Shown piece after piece: positions 35,344 to 49,300 of a stretch of DNA of 64,000 nucleotides. The stretch spans positions 1,082,011 through 1,146,010 of the forward strand of contig RHPI01001715.1 of NCBI GenBank assembly GCA_009103225.1, written 5' to 3'. Numbering within the stretch: the first letter of the stretch is position 1; each line of letters starts with the position of its first letter. Origin of the DNA: Chlorokybus atmophyticus (lineage: Eukaryota > Plantae > Mesostigma and Chlorokybus algae). Made by a program: the position numbers and the translations under genes. Under the pieces are notes generated by a model. That model worked only from the letters and a program-made list of their open reading frames with translations. It did no database searches and was not told the origin of the DNA.

Positions 35344-37954
35344 TCATCCGGCCGCTTCCACGAGGCGTGTGCGCACTTCCCGCAGCGTGCTCAGGAGGGA
35401 CGCGAGCCCACTCATGAAGTTGTCATCTAGAGACCCGGCTTCACATGTGACGTGGGCAAAGTCCACCAGCCTCACCGACACGCGTGGCGGCGAGGAAGAC
35501 GAGGAGGGGGAGGGAGAGTGTTGTTGGGATGAGGGAGAGGGAGAGGGAGACTCGCCCTCAAGGAGGATCAGCACCGAAGATGAGCTGAAGTGAAACATTG
35601 TTTGTGTCTTGAACCTGAGAGAGCATGGGATGAGTGATGAAGCGTTGCATAACAACAAAGTAGATACCTCGCTGGCTGAGTCCCCACCCCCACCTCACAC
35701 ATACACACGCACGCATTAGGCATGTGGACATGCGCATACCAGCACACTAAACATGTATCGGGAGTTGGAAGCTCGTTCCATCGTGCTACCCATGCGGATC
35801 CTATCAGGTAGCTTACTCAGCAACACCATAGCCACGATGTCGGCCAAATCGCAACGTATTGCCGACCCAACACGCAACATGTTGCATTTCTACACCGTGG
35901 CTGACCACGACGCCCCCCCCCCACACAACAACATCTCAGCACAAGACACAACCCAACAAATCCACAAGCCAACGAACCAGCCGTCTCACCACGACTGCAG
36001 CTCTTCCAGCTTGGCTATGGCCTCCGTGACGGCGTCCGCCCCACGCCTGAGACTGCTTTGTGCGGAGGTGGCCGCGAGGTCGGGTGGTGTGTGTGCGTGT
36101 GGCCCCGCGTCATCGTTGGAGTCGCCGCGCCGGCCCACGAAGAAGTTGCACAATGCGGACACCATGCCGGACGGTCGCAAGTCCTTACCAAACTGACGGG
36201 AGGCACGCCACATCTCCTGCTCATCCGCCAACCAAACCTGCACGTGCGGAACTTCTTTACACTCTTCTTCTAGCTGTTGTTATTGTTGTCATGGTTGTTG
36301 TTGTTGTTGTTGCAGTACAACATTACAACAGCGACACGTGTAAGTTGAATGAACCTGCATGCCGGACACTTTGAAGCCGAGGGTTGCGGTGGTAGTCTGA
36401 GCGTCTTTTCGCCTGGTGTTGCGTGACATACAAGCACAACAAAAGCGTGAGACGGCACCCGGCACCACTTCTCACAACATACAGTGTTGACGATAGTGCT
36501 CACTTACTTGTGCCTTGCAATGTAGTCCTCCCCGGCACTCACATACCATGTGCGATAACCTATCTGCGCAACCAAAGAAAAGCGCACATGTAAGTGTCAT
36601 GCAACTGTCGTCGACACACGCGCTAGCCCGCCCGCCCAAACGCACGCACGCACACGCACACACACGCACGATCGCACACATGTACTGAAAGTCCACCTTC
36701 AGATCAACAATGCTCGGGTGCTCGAACGGGTGCGTCAAGTCCTCCAACTCCAAATGCCCTGCAGCAAAACTCACATTATTTTATGCGCACATGCGTGCGC
36801 ACGCAAGCCCACCCACCCAACCACACATGTATGCACACCCTTTCGCTTTGCATCCGGTGCGGGCAACAACAACAACGACAACACATCCGTGACTGTTAGT
36901 TGTGTGCGTGTACTTGAGCAATTGTCGGGTTGGAGTTCGGGCGGTAGGTCCACGCTGCCATAGTAGCGCGGGATGAACGCGCGCACGCTGTCGGGGAGTG
37001 CATTCTCACTCGCACCCACACGCGCTCCCCCGCCCTCGTCCTCACGCTTCAGGCGCTCAAGCCGCTCGTAAAAGGCTTGCTCGCGGTCGCCACGGCTCGC
37101 GTTCTGCACTCGCATGCACACGTACGCATTGGGATGCGTGTCATGAATTGTAATGAGTAAGTCGTGTGCTGCTTTGTCAAAGCTGAGTGTGAACATGGGT
37201 GCATGCGGCTCGTAGCATGTGCGTGCACAAGCGTTTTCTGGTCTGTAGCTGCATCATGCATTGGCATGAGAAGGAAGGGGAGAGTTGAGAACAGCAATTA
37301 GATGCGCTTTTGAAAATGTTGTTAATGTTGTTAATTGGGTCATGCAGCTAGTGGACAGTTAGCTTGTGACTACTGGTCACACACACATGCACGCACGCGT
37401 GTGCACGCACACGGATATGCGCACACGCATGTAACCACGTGCATGCATACAAACACGCGCATACGGCACATACACATGCACGCACGCATGCACACACATG
37501 CGCGTGTGTGTGCACGCGCTATTATGTACCTGAAGTGGTTTGTAGAAGTGTCCCTGATTATCCGCTAGCGCTCCATTCTTTCCCTCTGCTCACAGAAGTA
37601 CACGTATCAAGCAATGCCCAAGTATGCCACCAGTAAGCTTACAAGCATGGCCCTTACCGAGCACCAGCATGCCCCTCACACAAGTGCAGCAATACAACAA
37701 CAAACAACCACCAGGCCAACTAACAACCAACCGAGCAAACACACAAATGCAAGAGACCGTTCGTCACCAACAATCAGGCGTTTGTTTCAACTGACACAAA
37801 CACCTGATTGTTGGTGTCCGGCAACTTGGTGTTTGGATGGCGCCAGCTTGCGTCCGTTGCTGCCGCTGTCGCTGTCGCCGCCCGTGCGGTTGACGGCGAG
37901 AGTGTCGTTCTCGCCCGCCGCTTCCACCTGAGCGGTGGACCCCTCCTCCGCCAT
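35344..37954 (-). CDS. IPK2: Inositol polyphosphate multikinase
   Basis: HQVAGH, REQAFYE, FIPRYYG, LEDLTHPFEHPSIVDLK (PxxxDxK), SSSVL and LVDFAHV motifs. Confidence 0.92.
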
Positions 37955-38167
37955 GACTTAGCTGATAGCTAATAGCTTGCTGCTTCTTCCGCCGCCGCCG
38001 CCGCCCCCGCCGCCGTCGTCGATGTGGCCGGCGACGTCCTTCTCCTCATTGGCCGGGACCACGGCGAAGTAGGTCACGGCGACGGCGGAGCAGGCGAAGG
38101 GTGACGTGGAGGTGGAGGTGGAGGTGGAGGTAGCGCAGGTGGTGGTGGCTGTAGAGGTGGTGGTGTG

Positions 38168-38916
38168 ATGGCCAACAGCAAGGCGGTGGTGCTGATTCTC
38201 GTCGCCGTGGCCCTCACTATTGTCGCCTACAACCAGGTGGTTTCTCGTACAATTCTTCAGTCATGAATTTGTCTGCTCAGTACTACTCGCTTGCTTGTTT
38301 GATCCGAGAGAAACTGTGCACTGAACAGTGTGGCTGCCACTTACTTAACTGGGCACTATGCGCTGGTGTCAGTCACACTCCTCTCTTTCGCCTTGTGTAT
38401 CTTGTTTTCACTGTTCTGCTCACGTATTGCATGACGGCACACGCTCGGTGCAAATGCACTTGCATTCACACACGCACACGCACACGCACACGCACGCACA
38501 CACATGCGCAACGGGCACGACCAGCATACGCCTTGTAAATCAGCTAATACAGTGTATGATACATTGTACATTGTGCAATTGGTGTGTTAATGCACATAGG
38601 CATCCCCAAGGGCTCCCGCGAGCGTGTGTTGTTGTGTTTCAGTTGTGGTAGAGTAGTCTCTGCATTACAGGACTGTTGACGCAGTCTTCACCAACAATTC
38701 AGCAGAGGTGATGAATGTCAAACTGCTTCAAACAGTTTCACTTATACACGGCAGTACACGCAAGTGTTGTCCAAGTCTGGCTGCATCGCTTTCTCTCTTA
38801 TGAAACCACCCGTTAACATTGCACAACTGGCAGGAAACATACGACCCGAGCGCGTTGGTTTGGTCGGGACTTGGCGTGGCGCTGCTGGCGTTGATGTGCA
38901 ACGAGTTCGACTTATG
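38168..38916 (+). CDS. Possible small multi-exon membrane protein divergent from IPK2; exon structure unresolved
   Basis: MANSKAVVLILVAVALTIVAYNQ followed by a GT donor. A later exon-like segment reads ETYDPSALVWSGLGVALLALMCNEFDL*. I could not join the frames confidently. Confidence 0.35.
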
Positions 38917-39709
38917 ACGCAGCTGTGCAGAAATCATTATTCACAGCTCTGCAGCAACAGACAGCCACGGCACGGGTTGTATGCTTTCATTTCAGACAAT
39001 TGAGCCTTCTGCACACACAATAGCACGGGTCGTGCTGATGCGGGGATGCTGCGGCATGGGCACTTTGATGAACTGAGCTGCAAAGGCTGAAGTATGTCAT
39101 CAGACGCCCATATTCTCAGTATGCATGCTTTATTGTTGAGGGAGACATTAATACTGCCATGTGTTAGTACTAGCAGCTGTGTTTATAGTTGTAAGCTGTG
39201 TGTAGCAGGATGATGTCACAGTATGGTTGCGTCCAATTGTGGACAGGTGGCATTGCAGTATCAACCCTTGTTGTTTGCATATGTATGTGCTCGTTGGCAA
39301 ACGTGCACACTACTACTATATTATTACTACTACTACTTACATATTGGCATCCAGCCTGTACCCTCACGGCTGCTGCGAGGGGCAATGCACACATTCTACT
39401 AAGTACACGTGTTCAGGAGGGTGGGTCACAACATGTCATGCTCTACCTGCGCCTGACATGCACTTTCGCTGTATTGCTAGTGTGTTCATCATACGTAAAT
39501 AGGCAAGCAGTAGGCTACAGCAGCCTTGCACCCAATGTAACACAGCATTGCAGTGTTCACTCCATGCATTCTGACCATTGGGGATGCACACCGCCACAGC
39601 AGACTGAATCACCTCATGGTTTTATGTGAACCAATGCAATCAAAGCAATGTAGATCCTAGCATGGTACAATCTAACCAACTCAACCTATGGCCTGTACCA
39701 ACAGCCACT

Positions 39710-42700
39710 CTAAATCACCTCATAGTCAAGGTCTGCAGGCCGCACCAGCTCCTCCTCTTCACGCTTAGCCTCCGCAGCACGCAACTTCTGCCCACGCCTT
39801 TGCGCTGCAGAGGCTTGGTTGTTAATCAAATGCTCCTTCACAGCAACGGCTTCCGAGTTCAAGTTTACTGCCTCCTCCTTGGCAGCAACCGCCCTGGCTT
39901 CATACTCGCGCTTCAGCCGCTGCCGCACCTCAATGGACTTGAGCAGGTGCCTCCAGCGTGCGGCGGCCTCAAGCTCACGCTTCCACCGCTGCTTCTCCGT
40001 GCGTGCAGCCTCATCTTCCGCATGCGCAGCCAGAAGAGCCTCTTGGAACTCCTGTCATACGAGGGATAAGCAGGCTTGGAGTCACAACTCAGATACACGC
40101 ATACACACAGTGAGGTGAGTGTGGCTGCTGTGTGACATGTGTTGTGCACTAGCATTCGTGTGCACAACAGCACTTCGCGTATCATGTACACGACTTGCCT
40201 TGCAGATGACGATGCCGTCAAACTTGGGTGCTGATCGGCGGTCTCTGATCTCAAAACCGACCATCGCCATGGCATAGTCGATGCCCAGCTTGGTCGACAG
40301 CTGCCCAATGTACGGCAACCGTAGATGGACGGTCCCCTCCGGAAGGCAGTTCTCATTCCAAACATCCACATGACCTCTTTCGTTCTAAGTCCAACAGAAC
40401 AACATGCAAGTGAGTTGAATGGACTTGACTAACACCGCGCATTGACGACGGCAGCCAGAAAGGGAACCTTGTGTGTACCTTCGGCACGATGCCATCGCGC
40501 GCTGGCGGCGGGCGCCATGAGTCGGTTTGCCAAATGCCAAACAGTTCTGTTTCAAGAGGCGGGGCAGATGCGTTCTTGCCAGCTGTATCATATGAGACGG
40601 ACGCAACGAGCTCATCAAACTCCTCCTGCATGGCCTCCTCTCCTCCACCACCACCACCACCACCTCCTCCTTGGCTGCTTGCACGCGCGTTGGCAGCTGC
40701 TGCAGACAGACCAGACATCTTCACAACCTGCAGTAAGGTGTGCATACAAGGTTGGCAACACGCACAACTTGTGGACAGACGTCAAGTGCAGATGATGATA
40801 TTCTAACAATATTACCTTGCAAGGTGTTTCCTTGTCGCGCACACGACGCATCTCTCTGAGCCAGCGGTCTTTCGTGTGCAGAGTCTGCACGCATGAGCGC
40901 GGGTAGACTGGCTGCCCGGCGCAAAACCCCACGACAGGACCTTTGGGGTGCAGGACCTGATACTTTGTGATCCATCTCTCCAGCGCATACAACGGATGCG
41001 TCTTGTACGCCTGCGGCAAACACGCTTGTCAATCCAGTGCAGCTGCTCCCTATACGGCACAAATAGCGCACACCTCGCAGCATCCTGGCCAACAACCCCA
41101 GAAGTAGAATGCATACATGTTTCATGTGGTACTAACATGTCTGCTTCACATCACTATCGGCAGCAATAGACTGCTGGACACATGCTATGCAACCACCTTA
41201 ATAGAATATACTGGCCACAACAAACGCTGCCACCTGCTGGTTTGTGGGCAGTGCCTCGGTGAGCTCCTTCGTCTTGAGCTCGACGTCCTCGAGCGATGAT
41301 CTGTCCCGAACACCTGCAACAGACCCTTCCGCAGCCTCCTGAGCCCTGCCCTCCGTTGCCTCCGCTTCTCGTTGACGCAACGGCGACATCGTCTGGTGCC
41401 ACCATCCGCCCTCCTCCAGTCTCACCTTCTCCACCGTCGACCAGCGTGCCACATACCTGCAACGCATGCGCTTGAGATAAGCTTGATTCGTGCCATTGTG
41501 ATGTGTGCGTCAACACCCAACACCAACAATACAACAAAACAAAAAAACCAGCACAAAACCTTCGGGTGACATCCTTTGCTCCTCGGCCGGCAAAGGCTAC
41601 CACGTAGGCGAGCGGCCTGCCTCGGCCAGCCAAGCTTTCCACCTCCGCAGCTCGATCGACCACGCCGCGTGCGCCATCCATGTGCACCCATCGCCCTTCT
41701 GCCTACAGTAGCAGTGGCCGTTGATGTTCAAAACAGGACAATACAGAAACTGCCGCCTTTCTTTTTGTTGCAATGCTGCCGCTCACCTCGCAATACACCT
41801 CTGCCCAGTGCGTGACGGGGCCATGCTTGCTAGACCAGACTGCACCGTTGACACCTGCGCCCTGCAATGCCATGCTTTACTTATCACAACAACATGAAGC
41901 TACCCACGGTGCTCAACTCGCAAAGACACGTGTGACGTCACTCCATATGTACACCACCAGGTTGCTGATCCTACCGAGCTGCTACGCGACTCGGGGCGTT
42001 TGGGATGAGGGCTGCCAGGATCTTCGCTTCCCTTGCGTTCTCTCAGCCGCTGCATGGCATGCTCCAGGAGCTTTCCGGTGCTGCGCTTCGCACTCGAGCA
42101 TCCACCATCACTCTTAGGGGACTCTATAGCAGTGGCGGCAATGGCCATGGCGATCTCGCGCTCCAGCTGTTCATCCCCTTTGCGCTTAAGACTCGCTTCA
42201 GGAGAGAGGACCTCATCAGCCTTGCCACCCAACCCTTTCCTGGCCCTCGGCTTCACTCCAACAGGTGGCGTGGACCCCGTGTGCACTCTGCTCAAACTCT
42301 CTCCTTGGCTGCCAAGCTTGACAGCCGCCAGAGAGAGTGTTGAGGAAGAAGGCACAACTCTTGGTTGAAGCAAAGGCTGAGACCAGAAGCCTTCTCCGAT
42401 CCCGGCGGAGGATTCAAGCAGAGAGGCGTCCGGTTTAAGCGGCGACGCGTCCAGCACGCGCACATAGCGTGTTGTCCAGTTGAGCGCTCTGCAAAGCGCC
42501 ACAGACAGGGCCGATAGCGCCTCCGGCGTGCCCGAACACGTACCCAACGCAAAGGTGAGCTGCTCGCTGAAAGGGATGCTTGGCGCGTCCGTCCCAACAG
42601 GAGAGGCTCTAAACTTCATACCCAGAAAGCGACCCACTCTTGTTATGCTGTCCATTGAGCAACCCGTGGCGCAGCTGGTGAGCAGAGGATCCGGCATCAA

Positions 42701-44185
42701 TGAGAGCAAAGACGCTTGGAGCAATTCACCGTCACAGGCGGCGTCGACGAGCAAGCCTCGCCCAAGCAGACACAGCAGGTGGGCTTTGTGCACCTCCAGC
42801 GCAAACTCCTTGTCCGCAGCACTGGCCCGACGTAAAGAGGGTTTGCGCTTCAGGGCTTTATCAGGTACCTGATCGTCGCCTTCAACATCAACAGTGCGCT
42901 CCCCATCATCATCATTAACTCTCCCGCTGCAACCCGCAGCGACGTCCTCCCACAATTCATCCTCGTGCTCAGTCTCAACGCAATCCTCAGCGCCGCTAGC
43001 TTCATTCTCAGAAACCGAGCAACCGCCATCATCAGCTGTTATCGTTTTTATTGTTAGCTCCACAGCCTTCTGGTCCTGACCCTGCGGGCCCCACACTGTG
43101 TGGGAATGGCCATTCTCATGCTGCTGCTTCGCGGACAGCGCAGGGGCGCCACAAGCCTGGTCCTCATCCATGACAAGAGTGGAGCTGACCGTGTTGACCC
43201 CATTTGTTTTCCTGCGCTTGCGCTCGCTCACGCGACCCAAGAACTTGCCGAGCTCTCCGCGCGACGCATCAACCAAGTTCTCTGTTTATGACCACAAACA
43301 TTACGTGATGCATGCAACAAAGGACAGGAATCGCAATTGCTAGTACGCAAGCAACAAGCAAGGGCTTACTTGTGCCACCATGCGCTTGTGCAACGTCATG
43401 TGCAGCGCTTGTGGAAGGTTGATGGACATGGGAGAGTGACCCAGGCAGCCCTGCATTATGAACGGTAAGGTAGCGCGAAGGCCTTTGTATGTGCAACTGC
43501 ATATGAAGCTGCACTGCTGCTGCGAGCAGAACAAGGCAAACGCCTTTGGCATGCACATGCACGAGCATCGATGCAAGTCTCTTCCTAACAACAGCATGTG
43601 GTGAATGTCAATTGCACATCACAAGTAGCAATATCACGCACGTAGCAAATGACAATCGTCACTGTGATGTGCCACGTTACACGTATTCTTTGATAAACTG
43701 TGCATGTGTAGCAAAGTAATCAAGCAATGGGAAGCGCGGTGCAGCCAGGTGTTGCGCACCAGCTGCAGCAGGAGCAGCAGCAGCCTCTTCATCTCTTTTC
43801 TTACGACGCTTCGCTGCCTGCGTGGCACCAAACAATCTGAGCTACCACTTCAAACTTGGTCTTGCGGCCAATGCCCCGCATATTGTATTTGCACACGTAC
43901 CTGCGCCATGGCGCCGCATGCACCGCTACAAACCACCTGCCGTGTTGCTCTACTGCAGTCTAACCCTAGCACTCCCGCTGCCGCTCCCCCCCTTGCAGCC
44001 GGCGGCAAATCCGCTTCGCGACAAAATCCCAGAAGCCAACCTCCCGGTGCTGGTGACCAGCGCCACCAAGCCCAGCCCACGCCTCCACTGCCACCTGGCC
44101 TCCTCCGTCCACACCTCCCCGTCCTTCTACGCCGCCTGCTCCTCCTCGTGGTCGCCGCCGGCGTAGTGCCTGCCGTCAATGGCAT
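39710..44185 (-). CDS. RAD4: DNA repair protein RAD4/XPC (start uncertain)
   Basis: EVHKAHLLCLL, YVRVLDASPLKP, YKTHPLYALERWITKYQVLHPK, TELFGIWQT, GIVPK, DVWNENCLPEGTVHL, AMVGFEIR and FDGIVIC are BHD and transglutaminase-like motifs of Rad4. Confidence 0.92.
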
Positions 44186-44548
44186 ACCGGAGCGGTCGAC
44201 AGATGGAGAGTGTCGGCGCTTCACCTGCACCGACAGAGCAACACAAGTGCCACTTGGCATTGGCTAGAGTTTTATTTTCAACGATCCGTGTACAAATGCA
44301 TAGGGTTTCCAATCACATCAAAGCTACCAAAATGAGCACAAGGTACAATCGCAAGTGCAATCCACAAATGCGCACATAATACAGCCAGGCAATGCAGGGA
44401 CAACTCTATTATGACAAGGTAAGACAATGTACAAAAGATGCACGAGCGAATTCATACATGCAAACCTATATAAACATGCAATGTAATAAACACAAACACT
44501 TACCAAATCGACCAGCGGGGCAAACGGCGCTCACATGCTACCTACTAC

Positions 44549-44874
44549 TGTACCGGAGTGCTACCGCCATCGAGGTTCCCCGCCCTTATTTAGAATGAAA
44601 TAAGGGTCCCAACGGGATTATACAGCCAATTAAGCCCATTACCCTAATGTTAATAGCCTTAATGGCTTAATGTAATGTTACGATAAGTAACACTGACATC
44701 GACATGAGACATAAGTCATGTCGATATCAGTTGTATGGCGGCGCTGCTAACGCAGCGACCGCCATAGCCAGAGTATTTTTGCTCTTGCAGCAGCCACGGC
44801 AGCGGCGGCGGCAGTGGCGGCGGCGTGGCTGGTGGTGGTGTTAGGGTAGGGACGAGGGGCACTCCTCCCTTACA
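44549..44874 (+). repeat. 5-prime LTR (326 bp)
   Basis: Diverged direct repeat of 50961-51357. Confidence 0.9.
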
Positions 44875-46355
44875 ATGGTATTGGAGCACGTGCGGCATTA
44901 GGCCTGTGGGAGGGGCTGCGGCAGGTACTGCGGCGGTGGCGGCAGGCGGCAAGCGGCAGCGGCGGCAACGGCAACCAATGGTAGGTAGTTCTCTTATAAC
45001 TGTTGTGGTTTGACGCTGCTGCTGGTGCCTAGCCTAGCCTAGCCTAACCTAGCCTAGCCTAGCTTGACATGCCATGCCTAACCTGCCTGTCCTAGTCTAG
45101 TTTATTATTGTGTGAAGGGAGGCGGCCATCAAGGCCCCTCCCTGAACCATTGCATGCAAGCATACAACGTAATGATCATATATTGATTATTATATTGTAT
45201 ATTGTGTGCTGACCAATACGTGGATTCGTGGTGGTGTAAGGGTTTCCGTATACTTTTACAATTCCCATATGGGCAGTTGGGTGGCAACATCGACTGCCTC
45301 GTTACTGCTAGTGAGCGCGGTGAGGCCGCCTGAATTATCAGGGCGGCTTATAGCAAACTCCAGACTCACAACAACGATATCGGCCTGTAAGGTCGATTTG
45401 ACGAGATTTTAGCACCCCCGTGTGTTAATTGTAATTGTGAGTGGAGCTGGGTTGTACAAAGTGAAAACTTTGAGCAGCCATAGCTCGTGAACCATTGCGT
45501 GCATTCGCGTATGGTTTGTTCTAAAGTGAGTGTCTATTTAAAGGGTGTTTGAAGAGCTCTTTTTTGAGACTGTATTTATATAAACCCCTCAAAACTTAAC
45601 GAGACAAAAGCACGAAGATTTGCCACTTTTTGCCGTGCACAATTTGTGTATTATGCACTTGCTAACGGCTAATATCTTTAGGCAGGTGGCTGAATAAGGA
45701 AAGGGAGGTGAGAAGTACTTCGCCGTCCCTGACTCATTGTCACCATACGAGCCATCGCGTGATGACGTAGTGAGGAACTCGAATATGAGTGAGAGCTACA
45801 AGCTCTTTGAGAGCAATAAGGAGGAAGCTGAGCAGGATAGCGAAGCTTCTCCCAACCACTCTACTCATAGTGGACCAGCTGCAATAGACACACAAAGTGT
45901 CATTGGCGGGGCTATAAAGAAGTATGCCTCAGAGCGTAAGGCTCTAATTGACACCCACTGTCAGCTTCGTTAGGAAACATGGGAGGCGTGAGTACAGAAG
46001 GTTCGGGATGGCTATGAAACGGATTGCCACACTTCCTCGTGCAAGCAGGAAAATGGTGATCCGTATGCTCGAGCACGAATTGACGAACAATGTTCCGCCA
46101 CTTGTGCGTGGTGATCCCAAAGTGGCTGCTCTCATGGCTGTTTATGATAAGCCACTCCCATACGAAGGTAAGCAAATGGCATTTGAAGCCTTGGCCAACT
46201 TGGTGGTGGAAACCTCGCAACGTTGCAAGGGTGTAGTCTGGTATCTGGGGCCGACTTGGAGGACAATTGGCTGGCCGAGTCAAGTTGACAACACGCCTGG
46301 ATGCTATGCAATCTGAATTGGTGGCGCTTCGCTAGCAGGTGGCGGGTGCTACTTC

Positions 46356-49300
46356 TTGGCAGCTGGTACGTCAGCGCAGCTGCCGGTTACAGCGTTGAAC
46401 AAACCCGTGAAGTTCAAGCCCAACGGCAGCGTTAGCGTCCACAACTGGGTGGTGACTGTCAAGCACTGTTTGACAGCATTAAGACGCCCAGTTGGTGAGC
46501 ACATTGCTATTGCTGTGTTGCTGATGCCGTTAAACGCACTCGCCAAATGCGCGAGATAGACAGATGATGGTGCTTTGGAGACAATAGAAGCACTGTATCA
46601 GTTTCTGGTGGAACGCTATGGTGGCATGGACCCGGCTACTTAGGCTCGCAACAAGCTAAGCAAGTTGCGATTGAATGGTCGGGCCTCTTCAGTGTATCTA
46701 CAAGAGTTTCAGGCATTTGTGGGTTGGGCCAACAATGGCCAAATGCCTATGGATAAGGCCGAGCAGTTTGAGTTGTACAAGCGCGGCTTGGATGCGCGTG
46801 TGCGCGATTAGCTGCAGTACAACACGGCAACGGGACTGCCTTGGGTTCCTGCCGACTTGGCCACATTGCAGAAGTTGAGTGCATACATGTATTGACGACA
46901 TGGCGATGCAGGAAAAATTACATGTAGCACCTGTGGCCAAGCCGCAGGGAGTGGGAGGCAAGCGTTACCCTCAGCCGAGTGTACACGCGGCAAAGAAGCA
47001 GAAGACTTATACGCCCCACACGGGTGCTACACGTCGTGTCGCACCTGCTGCGGCTCGCAACTGTTTCATGTGCCGTCAGCCGGGCCACATTGCAAAGAAT
47101 TGCCCAAACAAGGCGAAGGGCAAGGCCAGAAAAGCTGAATAGAATTACGCCGTGACTGATGTAAAAGTGGTTGATAGCCAGTTGCTTGAGATGCAGGCAA
47201 TAAATTGGTGTACTAATCTATCCCAAGTGCATGTAATGACACATGCATGGCAAGCACATGACAAGCTGCCACTTTTTAACATTGAAAGTCGAAGAAAATG
47301 CTTGTGCACTAGTGCACTACATGTGAAATTCAACATGCTTACCGATGTGTTGCATGCATTCACTGACTTGCAAAATAAGCACAAAACCTTGAGTATGGTG
47401 GTGATGGTGTGAAAGTATCATGGCCCATGGTTAAAGCATACTCGGGGGGGTACTGTGTTAAAAAACAATTCAGCAAGCGTGAAACAGGGACAGTATAATT
47501 GGCAGCAATTCTGATCAACCCCCGGATTAGTCACGGACTCTTGGCAACCTTTCAAGGACGAGTGGTACCTTTGTTGTGGACATTCAGTTGCACAATGCAA
47601 GGTGTACATAGTTTGTTCTTCATTGACACTAATGCGACACACGACTTCGTTAAGGAACAATGGGTTGTGCACAACTAAAATAATGTGCAAACCCTCAGCA
47701 TTTTCAGCTGCCGGTGCTGGGGTGCGTTGCTAGTAAAAGGAGAAATTAAAATTAAAGTAAAGATTTGTAGTTATCATGCCAACACTTTCATGGTAGTGTC
47801 CATCAACATAATTGGTGTTGATGTGGTGCCAGGACAGGAAATGGCAGGATAATGTAAAAAGAACATTGGATGCTGGTGCACGATTGTGCACAGTGAAGAA
47901 GGGCCGTAAGCGTGTACTGCTGTCTGTGATAGGGTCACACAGCTTGGAACATAAGCAAGCTAACCGCGCGCTTTTCACTGCACTTCAAGTGAAGCGTGCA
48001 TTCCGTAAAAACACACCGGCTTTTCTGGTGCATTTAACGTCGTTTGACGACGTTGTGCCATGCAGTACGGAAGGTGTTGCAGACATCATTGAGAAGTATC
48101 AAAACAAATTCTCAAATGAATTGTTAGGCTTACCCCCTGATCGAGGTGTCGGACACACAATACCGTTGATTCCTGATAGTGAACCTCCGTTTCGACCAAT
48201 ATAGGCTAGGCCCCAATGAGAGGGAGGAAATGAAAACGCAAATCTTAGGGAGTTGTTGGAAAAGGGATTGGTTGAACCAAGTTCTTCACCCTTTGGCACC
48301 CATCTTGTTTGTGATGAAATAGAATGGGACATTGCGCATATGTGTGGATTATTGTGCTTTAAACAAGATAATGGTAAAAAATCGATACCCGTTACTGCGG
48401 ATAAATGATGTGTTTGATAAGCTGTCGGGTAATGCGTATTTCAGTACGCTAGACTTGACAAGTGGGTATCATCAAATCCATATTCACCCTTCTGATGTCC
48501 ACAAAACGGCATTTGAAACACCTTCAGGTCATTATCAATACAAAGTATTACCCTTCAAATTGACAGATGCACCTGCGGTGTTTTAGAAGGAAATGAATAA
48601 GATTATAGGTAACATGCTTTTCAAGCATGTTATGGTTTACTTGGATGACATTATTGTCTTCAGTAAAAGAAGAGCATGAAAGGCATGTGAAAGTGGTGTT
48701 TGCTTTACTGCAAATACAGCGCTTATTTGCCAACTCGTAAAAGTGTGACTTTTGCAAGACAGAGTTGCTATTCTTTAGGCATATTGTCAGCGATTCTTGG
48801 GGTTGGCAAACCATTTTCCCAATTTTATAATGGGGAACTTTACAATTGTGGTGCCTCGCACTAAAATGTTGCGAAAGGACGCCCCATTCTCTTTGACAGC
48901 AGCAAAAGAAGCTGCTATGCAACAAGTGAAGTTGGCCTTGACTTCGGCACCAGTGTTGGCAATTGCCAGATTGAAATTAACACTTCACTGTGGTGAGCGA
49001 TGCCTCCACCCTTATATGTGGTGTGTATTCCTGCAGAATGGCAGACCATGTGCTTATAAGAGTAGGAAATTTATCCCAGCAGAGGTGAACTACACTACCA
49101 TTGAGCAAGAATTGCTTACTATCGTGCATGCTCTTGGGACATGGCAATGTTACGAAGAGGGAGTTCAATTCACAGTGGTGACTGATCACAACCCATTCGC
49201 GTACTTCCAAACACAGCTAAACTTGTCACGTAAGCAAGCTCGCTATAATGAGTTTCTGTCGTAATTTACGACGCGAATGGGTATATCGGCCTGATAGGAC

